This document shows positions 30,401-42,000 of a DNA stretch of 64,000 nucleotides, in pieces. The notes below the pieces were generated by a model. The model was not told where the DNA came from and ran no database searches. It saw only the letters and a list, made by a program, of their open reading frames with translations. Each line of letters begins with the position of its first letter. Positions within the stretch are counted from its first letter, which is position 1. Position numbers and translations under genes: made by a program. The DNA comes from the human T2T-CHM13v2.0 reference genome, Homo sapiens: NCBI RefSeq assembly GCF_009914755.1, contig NC_060947.1. The stretch is one strand, 5' to 3'.

Positions 30401-31129
30401 AGCAAATGCAAACTCTTAACCAGTCTTACAGAATTTTATCAAGCAGTCACAGGACTGTGCCACCAAAGCCATATGATACCTTTGGGATTGAGGCTCATGC
30501 CACAGGGAAGAAAAAGAGACTTTCTGAAGAAAAAAAAAATCAAAGAATAAAAGAAAGAAAGGATCTGCAAACTCTAGTATATCTAAGGATGGGCCTCTGG
30601 ATAAGGAAGGATAATATGGAAGTTTAACAGCAGGAATTTTAGCATGAAATTTAGATTTCTGGCTCATAGCTTGAGAATGATAGGTTTTCAGTTCCAGAAT
30701 GGTTGTCTCTCATTAGTACTAGAAAGAACATGCTTGCTCACAGAGTGGCCAACCTGGTCAAGAGTATTTAAATGGCAAATGAAGAAGGGAAAGAAATAAT
30801 AAAAAGAATAGTGCCTAATATCACTTAGATAACTGGTGACTATGCACAATTTTGATTGTGATATGTTATTCCCAGAATGCCCTTTCCTCCATTTTTCACT
30901 TAGTATCACCTCATGATTTTAGAACAAAATGATTTTTAGGCCATTTTCTCAGGGAAATTTCGACTTTCCCCCCTTCTACCTACCTGAACACTTCCTTAGT
31001 CTCTACTATTCCTACCTTGGTTAGATCTACCCCCCTCCAAGGGTTCTTACCTTTGGATTACTTAAATATAACAAAACACTTGTGATGGTACTGTTATTTA
31101 TTTACCTTTGCTTCCCCTACTACAGAAAG

Positions 31130-31400
31130 TCAGTAATGCATAGTGGTTAAATATGAAGATGCTAGACCTACAGCCTAGGTTCAAAACCTGACCTGGATCT
31201 GTCATATCCTACCTGTGGGATTTTACAAAGTTCCTTAACCTCTCTGTACCTCAGTTGCTTCATCTCTCAATTGAGGATGGCAACACTAAATAGTACGTAC
31301 CACATGGGCACTAGCATATGGATTAAAGAAGTTGATTCATAAGGGCTTAGAATAGTGCTTGGCATATAGTAATGCTGTTTAGCATAGTTAGATATCGTTA
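31130..31400 (+). mobile_element. MIR SINE
   Basis: ccttaacctctctgtacctcagttgcttcatct...cttagaatagtgcttggcatatagtaa. Confidence 0.75.
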
Positions 31401-32250
31401 TTGTTACTAGTACTAAACCATGCATTTCTGGAATACAGGGATTCTCATTCCTCATAGAAGCGGCAGTGCACCAGGAATAACTAGTAAATGCTTGCTGAAT
31501 GCCTCGCTGTGCAGGACACGCACAATAATCCATAGACTGGGAAGTATATGTGAATACTGGATGTTTTTACAGCAGATTAAAGCTATTGTGTCTCTCTGAA
31601 TTGTAGTAACTCTGAATTCATCTACTTGCCAGCAGGTCTGTGCCAGGCTATTATACTGAATTGAAAATAGTAATATTTATTGCACACTTTCTATGTGCCT
31701 GGCTCTGAGTAGACATTTTCATATATTATCTCATTCAGTTCTGAAAACAGCCCCATGAGGTAGGGTCTGTCATTTTTGACACAAAACAAACAGGGAAATT
31801 CAGGTCTATGGAAGTTATGTCATGTGTCTAAGTTCACAATAACATAAGTAGTTTAGTCCAGGGATGTTGGAGTACATATGCTTGCACACATCACCCAGCC
31901 TCTCCATCTTTGGCAATGTGCCCATCTTTCCGGGTTGCAAAAAACACCCTGCCCCCAAAATATAATCTAGACATTGGGAATTTTGAGAAGAAGGCTTGGA
32001 GAAGGAGATAGCAAGGCTGACGTCTGAGTAAGGGAGGGCTCAGGGCAGGGCCCAATCCCCAATGTACTGGGTAGACAGGGCATTGTTTTTCTGAATAACA
32101 CAGAAGGCAGGCAGCAATGCACAAGCTGTTTTGAAGATTGATCACAGGGCAGTCTTAAAAAGCCTCACAGGTATGTATCGTCAAAATGTGGGAGAAGGGG
32201 GATGGTTCTGATGATTTGGAACATGGTGGTGAAAGAGTATATTCTATTTA

Positions 32251-32553
32251 TTTATTTAGAGACAGAATCTCCCTCTGTTGCCCAGGCTGGAGTGCAGTGG
32301 CGCGATCTCGGCTCACTGCAACCTCTGAACCATCCCCACTCCCCGCCGGTTCAAGCGATTCTCCTGACTCAGCCTCCTGAGTAGCTGGGATTACAGGGAC
32401 CTGCCACCACACCTGGCTAATTATTGTAGTTGTAGTAGAGATGGGGTGTCACCATGTTGGCCAGGCTGGTCCGGAACTCCTGACCTCAGGTGATCCACCC
32501 GCCTCAGCCTCCCAAAGTGTTGGGATTACAGGTGTGAGCCACCGGGCCAGGCC
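32251..32553 (-). mobile_element. AluS (Sx-like) inside L3
   Basis: TSD agt(a/g)tattctattta at 32236-32250 and 32555-32569; short C-rich insertion near 32327-32346. Confidence 0.93.
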
Positions 32554-32719
32554 AAGTGTATTCTATTTAAAAGCATGCTAAGAGAGGAAGTGGAATGATG
32601 TTGTATATGTTTACTTTGAGGAAATTATGAATGGAAGGGTAGAAATACCTTTAGTTAGATAAAGATAGCAATAGGGACAAAAAGTAAAATAATCTCTTGT
32701 GTTATTATTGCTATTATTA

Positions 32720-32915
32720 TTACTAATATTTACGGAGTGCTCATTATGTTCATGGCTGCTCTAAGCACATTGCAATTAGGAACTCATTTAATGCTCACAA
32801 TGGCCTTATGAGCTAGGTTTTACTATTATCCTTACTTTACAGATGAGAAAACCGAGACATGGTGATGATAATTAATGTGCCCAATGTCACATGACTAATA
32901 GGTAGTGGATTGGAG
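32720..32915 (-). mobile_element. MIR inside L3
   Basis: tactattatccttactttacagatgagaaaaccgagac. Confidence 0.7.
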
Positions 32916-34740
32916 AGTCTATAATAAGACACTTGGCCAGAAGGAGACAACGGATGCTGATTTTCAACACAGATCACAAAAGCGTCGTAGGAGGAAAGGG
33001 TAGTAAACATGAGTGATTTCAACTCCATAAACATCTGCTAGTTGTATCGATTTGCAAAATGCAAATATATGGCAAGTTCCCAAATTTTTGTGTTAATGAC
33101 TACACCTCCCAAAAGGTAGAGAAAATAAGAAACTTGCCTCTCTGACTGACTTAGAAAAAGAGAAACTGGTGAGTTGAAGGTGATAGGAACCTTTAGAGGA
33201 AGTGAAGTATTTTATCTTAGAGTCCATAAGTACCTTATAAGGCCCAAATCCCAGACTTTAGGAAAAGAGCTTGCTGAAGTAAAGTAGGTACAATTTCATG
33301 CCCTGAGATACTCTAATATGGAGATGAATTAAGAGAGTTGGGAAGTTATTATATTTTATTTTTTTTAACCTGTTGAAACCAGTGTGTCTGTACTGGGTGT
33401 TATCCATTCACATTCAGTTTGGATTTCAAAAGAACAGGTGCCAAAATAAAGGGATGAAAACCAAAAATAAGTAAGTTTAAGAGGGCATGATGAAAATAAT
33501 GCTAAGAAGAATTATACCCCAAATGAGCCTGAGGCTTGAGAAAAAAACTGCTAAAGATGACAGAAAAGTGCTTTTTAAAAAATATATTTAAACCAAGAAG
33601 AGCAAGGGTAGGAGAGACATGCAACCCATGAAATTGTTATTGGATGGCCAATATCTGAGAGGCCTTCTCAACTACTGTACTAGTTTTCTTTGTGAAAAAG
33701 AATGATGATAGACTTGAAATGGTAAAATCAATATCAGTAACCATAAATTGAAGCTAAAATAGGCAAAGCAGTCATTAAAAGGCATTTGGCTGTTCTATAA
33801 TAAATGAATTAAAATTCTATCCCAGAGTGGTCAGAGGTCTTGGAGATTGGATTACCCTGTCACAGTTGCTAAAGTTTTAGCAACTGTAGTGTGGTTGAAG
33901 TGTGACAGGAGACTAGAAACAGAAAACATTGGCTTTAGTTTTCAAAATAAACAGGAAGCATATGGACTCCTTAGACTAGACCAAGAAACAGGTTGATTAA
34001 ATACAAAATTCTACAACAGGTTAATAAAAGAACAGTTTGTGAGCGCTTAGGAAAAAAGTAGTAACCATAAGAAAGCAAGCAGTATAAATTCTCTAAGAAC
34101 AAGTTATGTTAGACAATCTCATTTCATTTCTATTCTTGACATGGTTATTAGATTGGAAGATCGGTAAGAATGTAAGCATACTATATCTGAATATCAGCAA
34201 GGCATTTAACAAGGTCTCCCATAATATGGCTATGAACAAGATGGAGAAATGTGGGTTGTTAGTAAAAGAATGTTGCCTAATAGATAAATGTCACCAGTGG
34301 CATGCACAGAGATCTAACCCTAATCTGGTCTTATGTAACATTTGTATCGATAACTTACATAAAAAAGAGGGAAGCATACCTAACAAGCCTACAGATGACA
34401 TAATTCTGAGAGCAAAAGCAAATAGTTTGTATGGTAGAATTAGAACTCAGCAACATTTCCACATGCTAACAAGATGAGATCAAATTAGGCCAAATCAAGG
34501 CTCCAAATATATTTCCACTGTTATCTTCCATACCAAACACAAAACTGAAAAAGAATCAACTATGTACTTACAGAATAAATAAAACGTGGTTTAGCTTCAG
34601 AACATGTTAAACAGGCTTTGGGGTTTAGTTTCCGGTGTTCTCAATGTGTATGGATAGTGTCATGTGGCCACCAAAAAAGCTGATACTGGAGTAGACAGCA
34701 TTAACGAAAATACATAATTAGAACAAGAGAGGTGGCTAAT

Positions 34741-35408
34741 TGTTGGTCATAGCATAAAATCCTCAGTGAATCAGTCAAAATGACTGACTGCTGAGAGTCC
34801 CATCTAAGGAACATCAAATCTGCTCACGGTCCTTCCTCAAGGGACAACCATAGATGGCCATGTTGTTTATTTTAATCACATGACTTTTCTCTCCCCGTAG
34901 CCTCAGTTGACTATGAGAATAATTGCCAGGGCTTGCCAAAAAACTGAAACACAGCCTGCTATAAAAGGGATGAACTGGGCTAATCAAATTCCCTCTTAGG
35001 GTTTTGAGCCTACAGTGACCAAGATAATAATGCAGTTAGCAATGGGACATGCAGCTGAAGGGATGAGGTGAGAGGTGTGAGGAGGTACTCTTGGAGTCAT
35101 GTGGTACAGTGGAGAAAAGACATCGTTATGAGATAGTAGAAACTATGTGGTAGACAAAATAAATATTGAGCTGATGGAAAGAATAAGCTATTGGACAAAG
35201 AAACAGACAGAGAGGAGCAAAAATGCAGAGAACTGCTGAGTCTTATTAATGCTAGAGATCCACAGTCTTTGCCTTTCCTTTGGGGATTGACCAGAGTTTC
35301 CCGCGTTCCCGGGGACTGACAACACATACACTGAAAAGATGTTCTCAATTACTCGAGGCAACCTGAATGTCTCTGGCTTCTTGCAACCAGAGAGGCTAAT
35401 AAGAACCC
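34741..35408 (+). mobile_element. Old LTR-like insertion (ERVL/LTR33-like?) splitting L3
   Basis: L3 collinearity breaks here and resumes at ~35410; 3' end ttcttgcaaccagagaggctaataagaac resembles ERVL LTR ends. Confidence 0.45.
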
Positions 35409-36553
35409 ACACCTGCATTCAGCCTTGAACATTACATTTCAAGAGCAGTTTGGACAAACTGGAGTGTTCTAAAGAAAGAGACCAGGAAGGGAGATTTGAA
35501 ACCCATTAATGTGAGGAACAGGTTGAAGGAATTGGGGAAACATTTAGCACAAAGAATAGAGGACTCAAGAATAGTGAAGGGCTGTCAGTTGTAAGGGGAA
35601 TTTTACTTATTCTGTGAGACCCTAAAATTAGATTTGAGAAAAATGGGCAGAGTTAAGAAGGGATAGATTTTGGTTCAAAAAGAATCTTCTAGTAGTTGTT
35701 TGAGGTAGAGTGGAATAACTTAGGAATAAGCCAATTACCTATTTTGGAGATATTTATGCAAAGGCAAGTGGCCACTTAGTAGGGATAGTAATGTTACCTT
35801 TTAATTGTGTAGTGCTTTACAGTATATGAGGCACTTTCTACTACGTTAGTTTGATTTTCCTAATTAGGAAGTCAGGCATTTGTATATTCATTTTTACAGA
35901 TGAGGAGGCTGAGGCTCAGACAGGTTCTGTTACACAGTTCATGTATAAGTTCCTGGATACCCACAGTTACCTTTATTGACTACATGAGAAATGAACATTT
36001 TAAAGGCTATATTTGAACAATGCTAGTTGATAGAGCTAATAACGTTTCTGGCTTTTAAAAAATCATCATTGTGATGCTAAATATATGTTCAAATGTACTA
36101 AAAAGGTACTCTGTTCACTCTTACATGAAAACTTATGTTCTTCTCTGCGTCTTAAGAAACTGAGACCAATTAATATATTCCTTGCATAGATACAGAAGGT
36201 CCGTGGGTGCAGTTTGTACAAACATGCCTAGATGTACATTTCAAATAAGAATAATTTTCTCTCTCCATTTGCCTGAACCCATTCCCCACTCTCTCCCAGA
36301 TTTTCTGTTATTTGGCTTCAAAGACGAAAGGAGTGTGTTTGCTTGTCAGAACTGCTACTTAACCATATTGCCCTGTTGTTTCCTCAGCTCTCTATCACTA
36401 AGCTCTGCAAATGAACTAAAAGTAAAATGAGGAAATAACCACTGTTTGAAAACTCCTTGAAGAAGATATACATTGTTCTTTGCATTTTACCCTTTACTCA
36501 CCTCCCCCTTTCAATTAAAAAAGAAAGAAAAGAAAAGAAAAGAAAAGATACAG

Positions 36554-36870
<317 letters not shown>

Positions 36871-37254
36871 TACAGAAACTCTATCACTAGTATAGTTCTA
36901 ATTGGGTTATTGTCACCATAGGTGCTGACTGCTATATTTTTCTCTTGGAATGTAGCAGAAATCACCCTTTATGAAACCATTTAATCTGGTAAGTGATGGA
37001 TGATACTGTTTCCTGGACATGGGCCATAGTACTTGCAGTTTGTTGATGGTGAAATATTCTCTGATGCCATGGTTGGTATTTAATTTAATATGCTGCTAAA
37101 CAACAAAAACAATAACAACCAGTCTTAGGAGAGTTGACTAGTCCTTCTCTTTCCATTCCAATTCCCAGAGATCAGATTAGAAGGTGATACCAGACATTGT
37201 TTATCAAGTAGTATATTATACCCATTTTTTACATACAAATGTCTTTAGAAAAAG

Positions 37255-38482
37255 TTTCTGTAAATTGGATAGCTATAGGTAGAAGGAAACTGGACTCCTA
37301 TCCCTCACTGTATACAAAAATTAACTCAAGATGGATTAAATACTTAAATATAACACCAGAAACTATAAAAATACTAGAAGACAGCCTAGGAAAAAACTCT
37401 TCAGGACATTGGCCTAGGCAAGAAATTTTATGACCAAGACCTCAAAAGCAAATGCAACAACAACAAAAATAGACAAATTTGGCTTAATTAAGCTAAAAAG
37501 CTTCTGCATAGCAAAATAAATAATCAACAGAGTAAACAGACAACACACAGAATGGGAGAAAATATTTGCAAACAATGCATCCAAGAAAGGACTAATATCC
37601 AGAATCTACAAGGAACTTAAACAAATCAACAAGAAAAAAATACCCAAAAATTCCTGTTAAAAAGTGGGCAAAGGACATGAACAGACATTTCTCAAAAGGT
37701 GCTGTATAAGTGGTCAACAAACAGATGAAAAAATGCTCAACATTATTAATTATCAGAGAAATGCAAATTAAGACCACAATGAAATACGATCTCATACCAT
37801 TCAGAATGGCTATTATTAAAAAGTCAAAAAACAACAGGTATTGGTGAAAATGTGGAGAAAAGGCAATGCTTATACACTGTTGGTGGGAATAAAAATTAAC
37901 ACAACCTCTGGAAAACAGTATGGCGATTTTTAATAGAACTTCCATTTGATTCATCAATGCACTTCTGGGTATCTACCCAAAGAAAAATAAATCATTATAT
38001 CAAAAAGACACCTGCATGCATGTGTTTATCACAGCACAATACACAAGAGCAAAATCATGGAATCAACCTAAGTGTCCATCAATGAATAATTGGATGAAGA
38101 AAATGTGGTATATATACACCATAGAGTACCACAGAGCCTTAAAAAAAAATCATGTTTTTTGCAGCAACATGGATAGAGCTGTAGGCCATTATTCAAAGTA
38201 AGCTAACTCAGTAACAGAAAATCAAATACCACATGTTCTCACTTATAACTGGGAGTTAAACAATGGCTATTCATGGACATAAAAATGGAAATGATAGACC
38301 CTTGGGACTCCAAAAAAGGGAGGATGGGCGGGGAGTGAGGGTTAGAAAATTACCTATTGGGTACAATGTTCACCCTTTAGGTGAGGGTACACTAGAAGCC
38401 CAAACCTCACCACTGCACAATATATCCATGTAACAAACATGCACATGTATCCCCGAATCTATAAAAATAAAACAAAAATAAA
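37255..38482 (+). mobile_element. L1PB(4-like) 3' fragment
   Basis: ORF2 C-terminal remnants ([18 protein letters not shown]) and 3' UTR aaattacctattgggtacaatgttcac...tacactagaagcccaaacctcacc. Confidence 0.9.
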
Positions 38483-39044
38483 AGCTTCCATTGTAGAACT
38501 AAATAAGGCACACAAAAAAACAAGGGGAAGTCCTTGAATTTCAAAGAAAATAGAATCTATGTTTTATTAGTTAGTGTTTTTCTATGTCAATATAAAGTTG
38601 TAATGTTTGATTTAAGAAAGTGACTAGAAATGATGAATAATTTCTTTATTAATTGTATCTGGTGCTAAAATCTATCATGATCAAGGGACCTAGAACTGCA
38701 AAGAGTAGAACTTTTATCATGACAAAGCTCTGAGGAGTCAATCTAGAAATCTAAACATGTGAAGAAAAACAGAGGCAAACTTTTTTGCTCAAAAGACCAA
38801 AAGCTTCACCCTAAAGGCAGAATTTAGTTTTTAAACTTACACATATACTTCCATTACATGAGGCTGATCCTTTTTTTTTTTAATGTTTGAAGGCAACTTA
38901 TTTTTTCAAAGAATCTTACAATAAATAAAATAGAAATGATCACTCCTCCTCCAGTTGTGTTTGGGTTTTCTTGTAATACTGCAGTTTTTTAAAACAAGGG
39001 ACAATTGCCTTTCACTTTGAGGCTGCAGTGACAGCTTAGATAAT

Positions 39045-39262
39045 TGCTTTGTTTTATGTTTTTGTGGATATGTGACAGCAGGGTGTTTATGTATCTGCGG
39101 CTTCATCTTTTCACGTGTATCTGCTTTGGTCTGTGGCTGTGGCTGGATCTAGATGTTTGTGTCTGTTTGCACATCTGCGCCTGTGAAGGAGTCTTCCTTT
39201 TTGCCCATGCATCTGGGTGTGTATCGGTTTGTGCATTTGTGTGTCTCTGCAGATGTGTGTGA
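39045..39262 (-). repeat. Degenerate TG-rich (CA-rich in pre-mRNA) low-complexity tract downstream of the exon donor
   Basis: Dense tgtgt/tctg units; TGCATG on the minus strand at 39206-39211. Confidence 0.7.
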
Positions 39263-39340
39263 TGAAATGAGTTTCTGCAATCAGTAGAACCATCCTCTGC
39301 CAATACTTAAGTTTAGTGGGATCAATAATAGCTCAAGTAC

Positions 39341-39581
39341 CTGGTCTCCAATGGTATGTTGCTGTTCAGGACCCAGCTGTTATGCAGATGGACTGAATCC
39401 TGCGTGCTGGTTGGGGGAGCTGGAGCAGCTGGGCTGGGCTGGCTGCGGGTAGTCATTGATCTCCTCTGAAGAGAGTCCGCTGCAGGGGGTGGCTTCCTGG
39501 CACAGGTGCAGGCATGAGGAGGCGGAGGTGGCGGTGGGAGGGGTCTGAAGGTGAACTGGTTGTGTGGGCTGCTCTGCACAT
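39341..39581 (-). CDS. TENM1: Teneurin-1 internal coding exon (241 nt; probably exon 4): proline-rich intracellular domain
   Basis: Encodes DVQSSPHNQFTFRPLPPPPPPPHACTCARKPPPAADSLQRRSMTTRSQPSPAAPAPPTSTQDSVHLHNSWVLNSNIPLETR, with the teneurin hallmark WVLNSNIPLETR; acceptor tctcctctttag|A at 39581, donor CAG|gtactt at 39341. Confidence 0.96.
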
Positions 39582-39662
39582 CTAAAGAGGAGAGAAGAGA
39601 AACATAAAATAGAGACTTACTCTCCCACTTGGCAGTCAGGGAAACCAGCATGACAGACTTAC

Positions 39663-39683
39663 CAGGATTTCAGATAATAAAAC
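39663..39683 (-). other. Candidate 21-nt micro-exon
   Basis: cctccctcaccccacag|GTTTTATTATCTGAAATCCTG|gtaagt; would leave an 81-nt intron before the 39581 acceptor. Confidence 0.35.
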
Positions 39684-40041
39684 CTGTGGGGTGAGGGAGG
39701 TTGTTTTAAGTTCAGTCTATCTGTAAAAATGCCACTTAACTTACAAAAGCACGTGCAGCATGCTTATGAAATGTAAAACATTCACAGTTGCATTTACATG
39801 TAAATTCTTTAGGGCTATAGCAGCTAAAAAGTAAATGAGGCCGCCTCACACCATTTGTCATAGTTTCTGCTACTGAACAAATAAATCATCAACAAGACAC
39901 CAAGTTACAGAACAGAAGTGAGCTGATTTCCATCAGTTGCAAAATTCTCACTTCAGAAAATGCTAGTAAAAGGCACAAATTTGTTGCAAGGAAAATCATT
40001 CGGCACTTCAAATAAAAATATAAGGCCACCTTCTGGCTTAC

Positions 40042-40400
40042 CTCAGGAAAGGATGTGAGCTTGCCTATACGGGAGCAAATCCATATTTTAGAAAAACAGC
40101 TCACGAGTGTGTCGCTTGGCTGTGTGAAACTAATCTCTTTGTCAGCCCCCCAACTAGAGTGCTACTTGTAAAAGGTAGGCTAAAAGAAGTTTGTTCAAGT
40201 TGTTATACATATTTCCATGGTCATGCAAAGCACAGTCTGCAACTTTTTTCCTTTGCCACACCTTTCTAGGAGCTCTGCCATGTTAGCGGCAGCTTAGGCA
40301 GCAAGGAAACAGATTTTTTTTCTGCTCGTTTGCAGAGGGGCAGCCTGGGACAGCGGTCCTCAGGCTTCTATTGTTGCTATTGCTTGGTATTTTTCCATTG
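40042..40400 (-). promoter_or_regulatory. Candidate alternative first exon / internal promoter (5' boundary unknown)
   Basis: Strong donor CTGAG|gtaagc at 40042; Kozak aatATGG at 40084; repeat-free, more GC-rich sequence. Confidence 0.35.
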
Positions 40401-41179
40401 TTTTCCTGGCAGGCACACGTAAAGACAGTGAGTTAGAATTTGGCCCATGAGAAATACCTCAATTAAACCCCTTTAAAAAGAAATCACTATTGTAGCTGAT
40501 AGCCACCTCTCTTCCACAGGAGAAACATAATAGATGTCAAGTGATTTCTTGTAACACCAGCACGTTCTGGATAAACTTTGTGGACAGCATGGCCTTGTCC
40601 CACCTCCCAAATGACTGAGAGTTGAAAAGCAGAAAAACGCCAGAGGCTTTCGATGCCTAGCAAAGGACTCAGCTGGTTTGTGCTGAGGCCCACTTTGCAG
40701 TGGCTGATCACAGAAAAAAAAAAAATCACTTCTTTCAATCTTTTTACTTCAAACTTGAATTTTAAAGACATTGGCATGGTTTTTTATTTTTAAAAACGAT
40801 ATTAGCCTCCCAAGAGCATGACAAATTCTTGGCTGTATTTTCTAGCACAGGTGGCTCTCCCTTTAAATAAACTCACTATATGAAAATCTGAATTGTACAA
40901 AAGATAGATAGAGAAGGGAGTGGTGATCATTCATTTTATAAAAAGGATTCCTTTAGATGGTCAGCTATCCTTGTATATTTTAAAAGAACTAAAATGTTTC
41001 ATGAATTTCCTAAGTCACCCCCATTATTCCAGGCCCAGCTCAAATCCCATATTCACTAAAAAAAATCATCACAAATACTTAACATCTCATTAACTTTTTT
41101 TAAACCTCTGGGCTCATACTCATAACCGTAACTAGAAGTGTGCTTTCCATTTTGGGGACTCAAAGAAGCATAGAATGTT

Positions 41180-42000
41180 GAAACCCAAAGGACTTTGGAG
41201 ATGCTCTCATTTTGCAAATGAGAAAACAAGTCCAGGGACACTTGGCAAGTTAGTGGCATGGCCAGGACTAGAACTCACATCTCTTGACTCTCTGGCTAAT
41301 GCTCCATTCCCTGTATTGCAGATCTCTGTAATATGAGTTCTCTTTTCCTTCATAAGATTTAGAGACAAAGAATTGTCCACATTTTCTTGATTTTTCACTT
41401 AGGTTTATTACGTCTGCTTTTCTCTTTGACCATGACTCCTTAAATGTAGAAAGGAAGGCAGTGTGGTGTAATGGTATGCAACACAGCACAGTGGAAAGAG
41501 GAGAGGACTTGGACTGGGATGTATGGCAAATCTGGGTTTAAGTTCTGCCTCTACCCTTTAGAAGCTTTAACCCCTCATTTGTAAAATAAGGATAATAATA
41601 ATCCCTTTTCCTAACAATTAAATTTAATTCATGTAAAATGTGCTTGAGCATGCATTTTATTGACTATTTCTTTATTGAATGTAATAAAAGTATAAAAGTA
41701 TAAAACTATAAGGCTGGAAGAAATCATAGGGATCACCTAGTTAAGCTTGCCTCTCTCCACTCGCCATTTTACAGATGAGAAACCCAAGACCCAAAGAGGT
41801 GAACTGACTTGCTCAAGGTCATTCAACTTGGATACTTTTTCCTGCCCATGCCAGATGATTTCTTTACTCTTTTTCTGTACGTGTTTTTGTAAATTAAGTG
41901 ACATTTTAACAGATAGACTGAACTTAAAACTCTCCCCCACCCCCATGGGTTATGTTATCTGAAATCCCAGTACTCTGCCCAGCACTCTTTCCATTATGCT
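41180..42000. mobile_element. Cluster of MIR fragments
   Basis: ctcattttgcaaatgagaaaac; cctcatttgtaaaataaggataataata; ccattttacagatgagaaacccaagaccc. Confidence 0.6.

Larger units (their letters stand above)
32080..35790 (+). mobile_element. CR1/L3 LINE fossil spanning ORF2 endonuclease, RT and 3' end (interrupted by Alu, MIR, LTR)
   Basis: ORF 34106-34477 has NLISF..YLNISKAFNKVSH..KMEKCGL and degenerate CR1 RT motifs (PTDD for FADD); endonuclease-like WNMVVKEYILF at ~32220 and GDFN-like atgagtgatttcaac at ~33010; L3-like 3' segment at 35410-35790. Confidence 0.75.

Noticed and set aside
34106-34477. Domesticated reverse transcriptase gene
   Set aside because: Motifs degenerate, internal deletion, no splice or promoter support; treated as an L3 fossil
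39044-39303. Cys/Val-rich and His/Thr-rich overlapping ORFs
   Set aside because: Artefact of the TG/CA low-complexity tract
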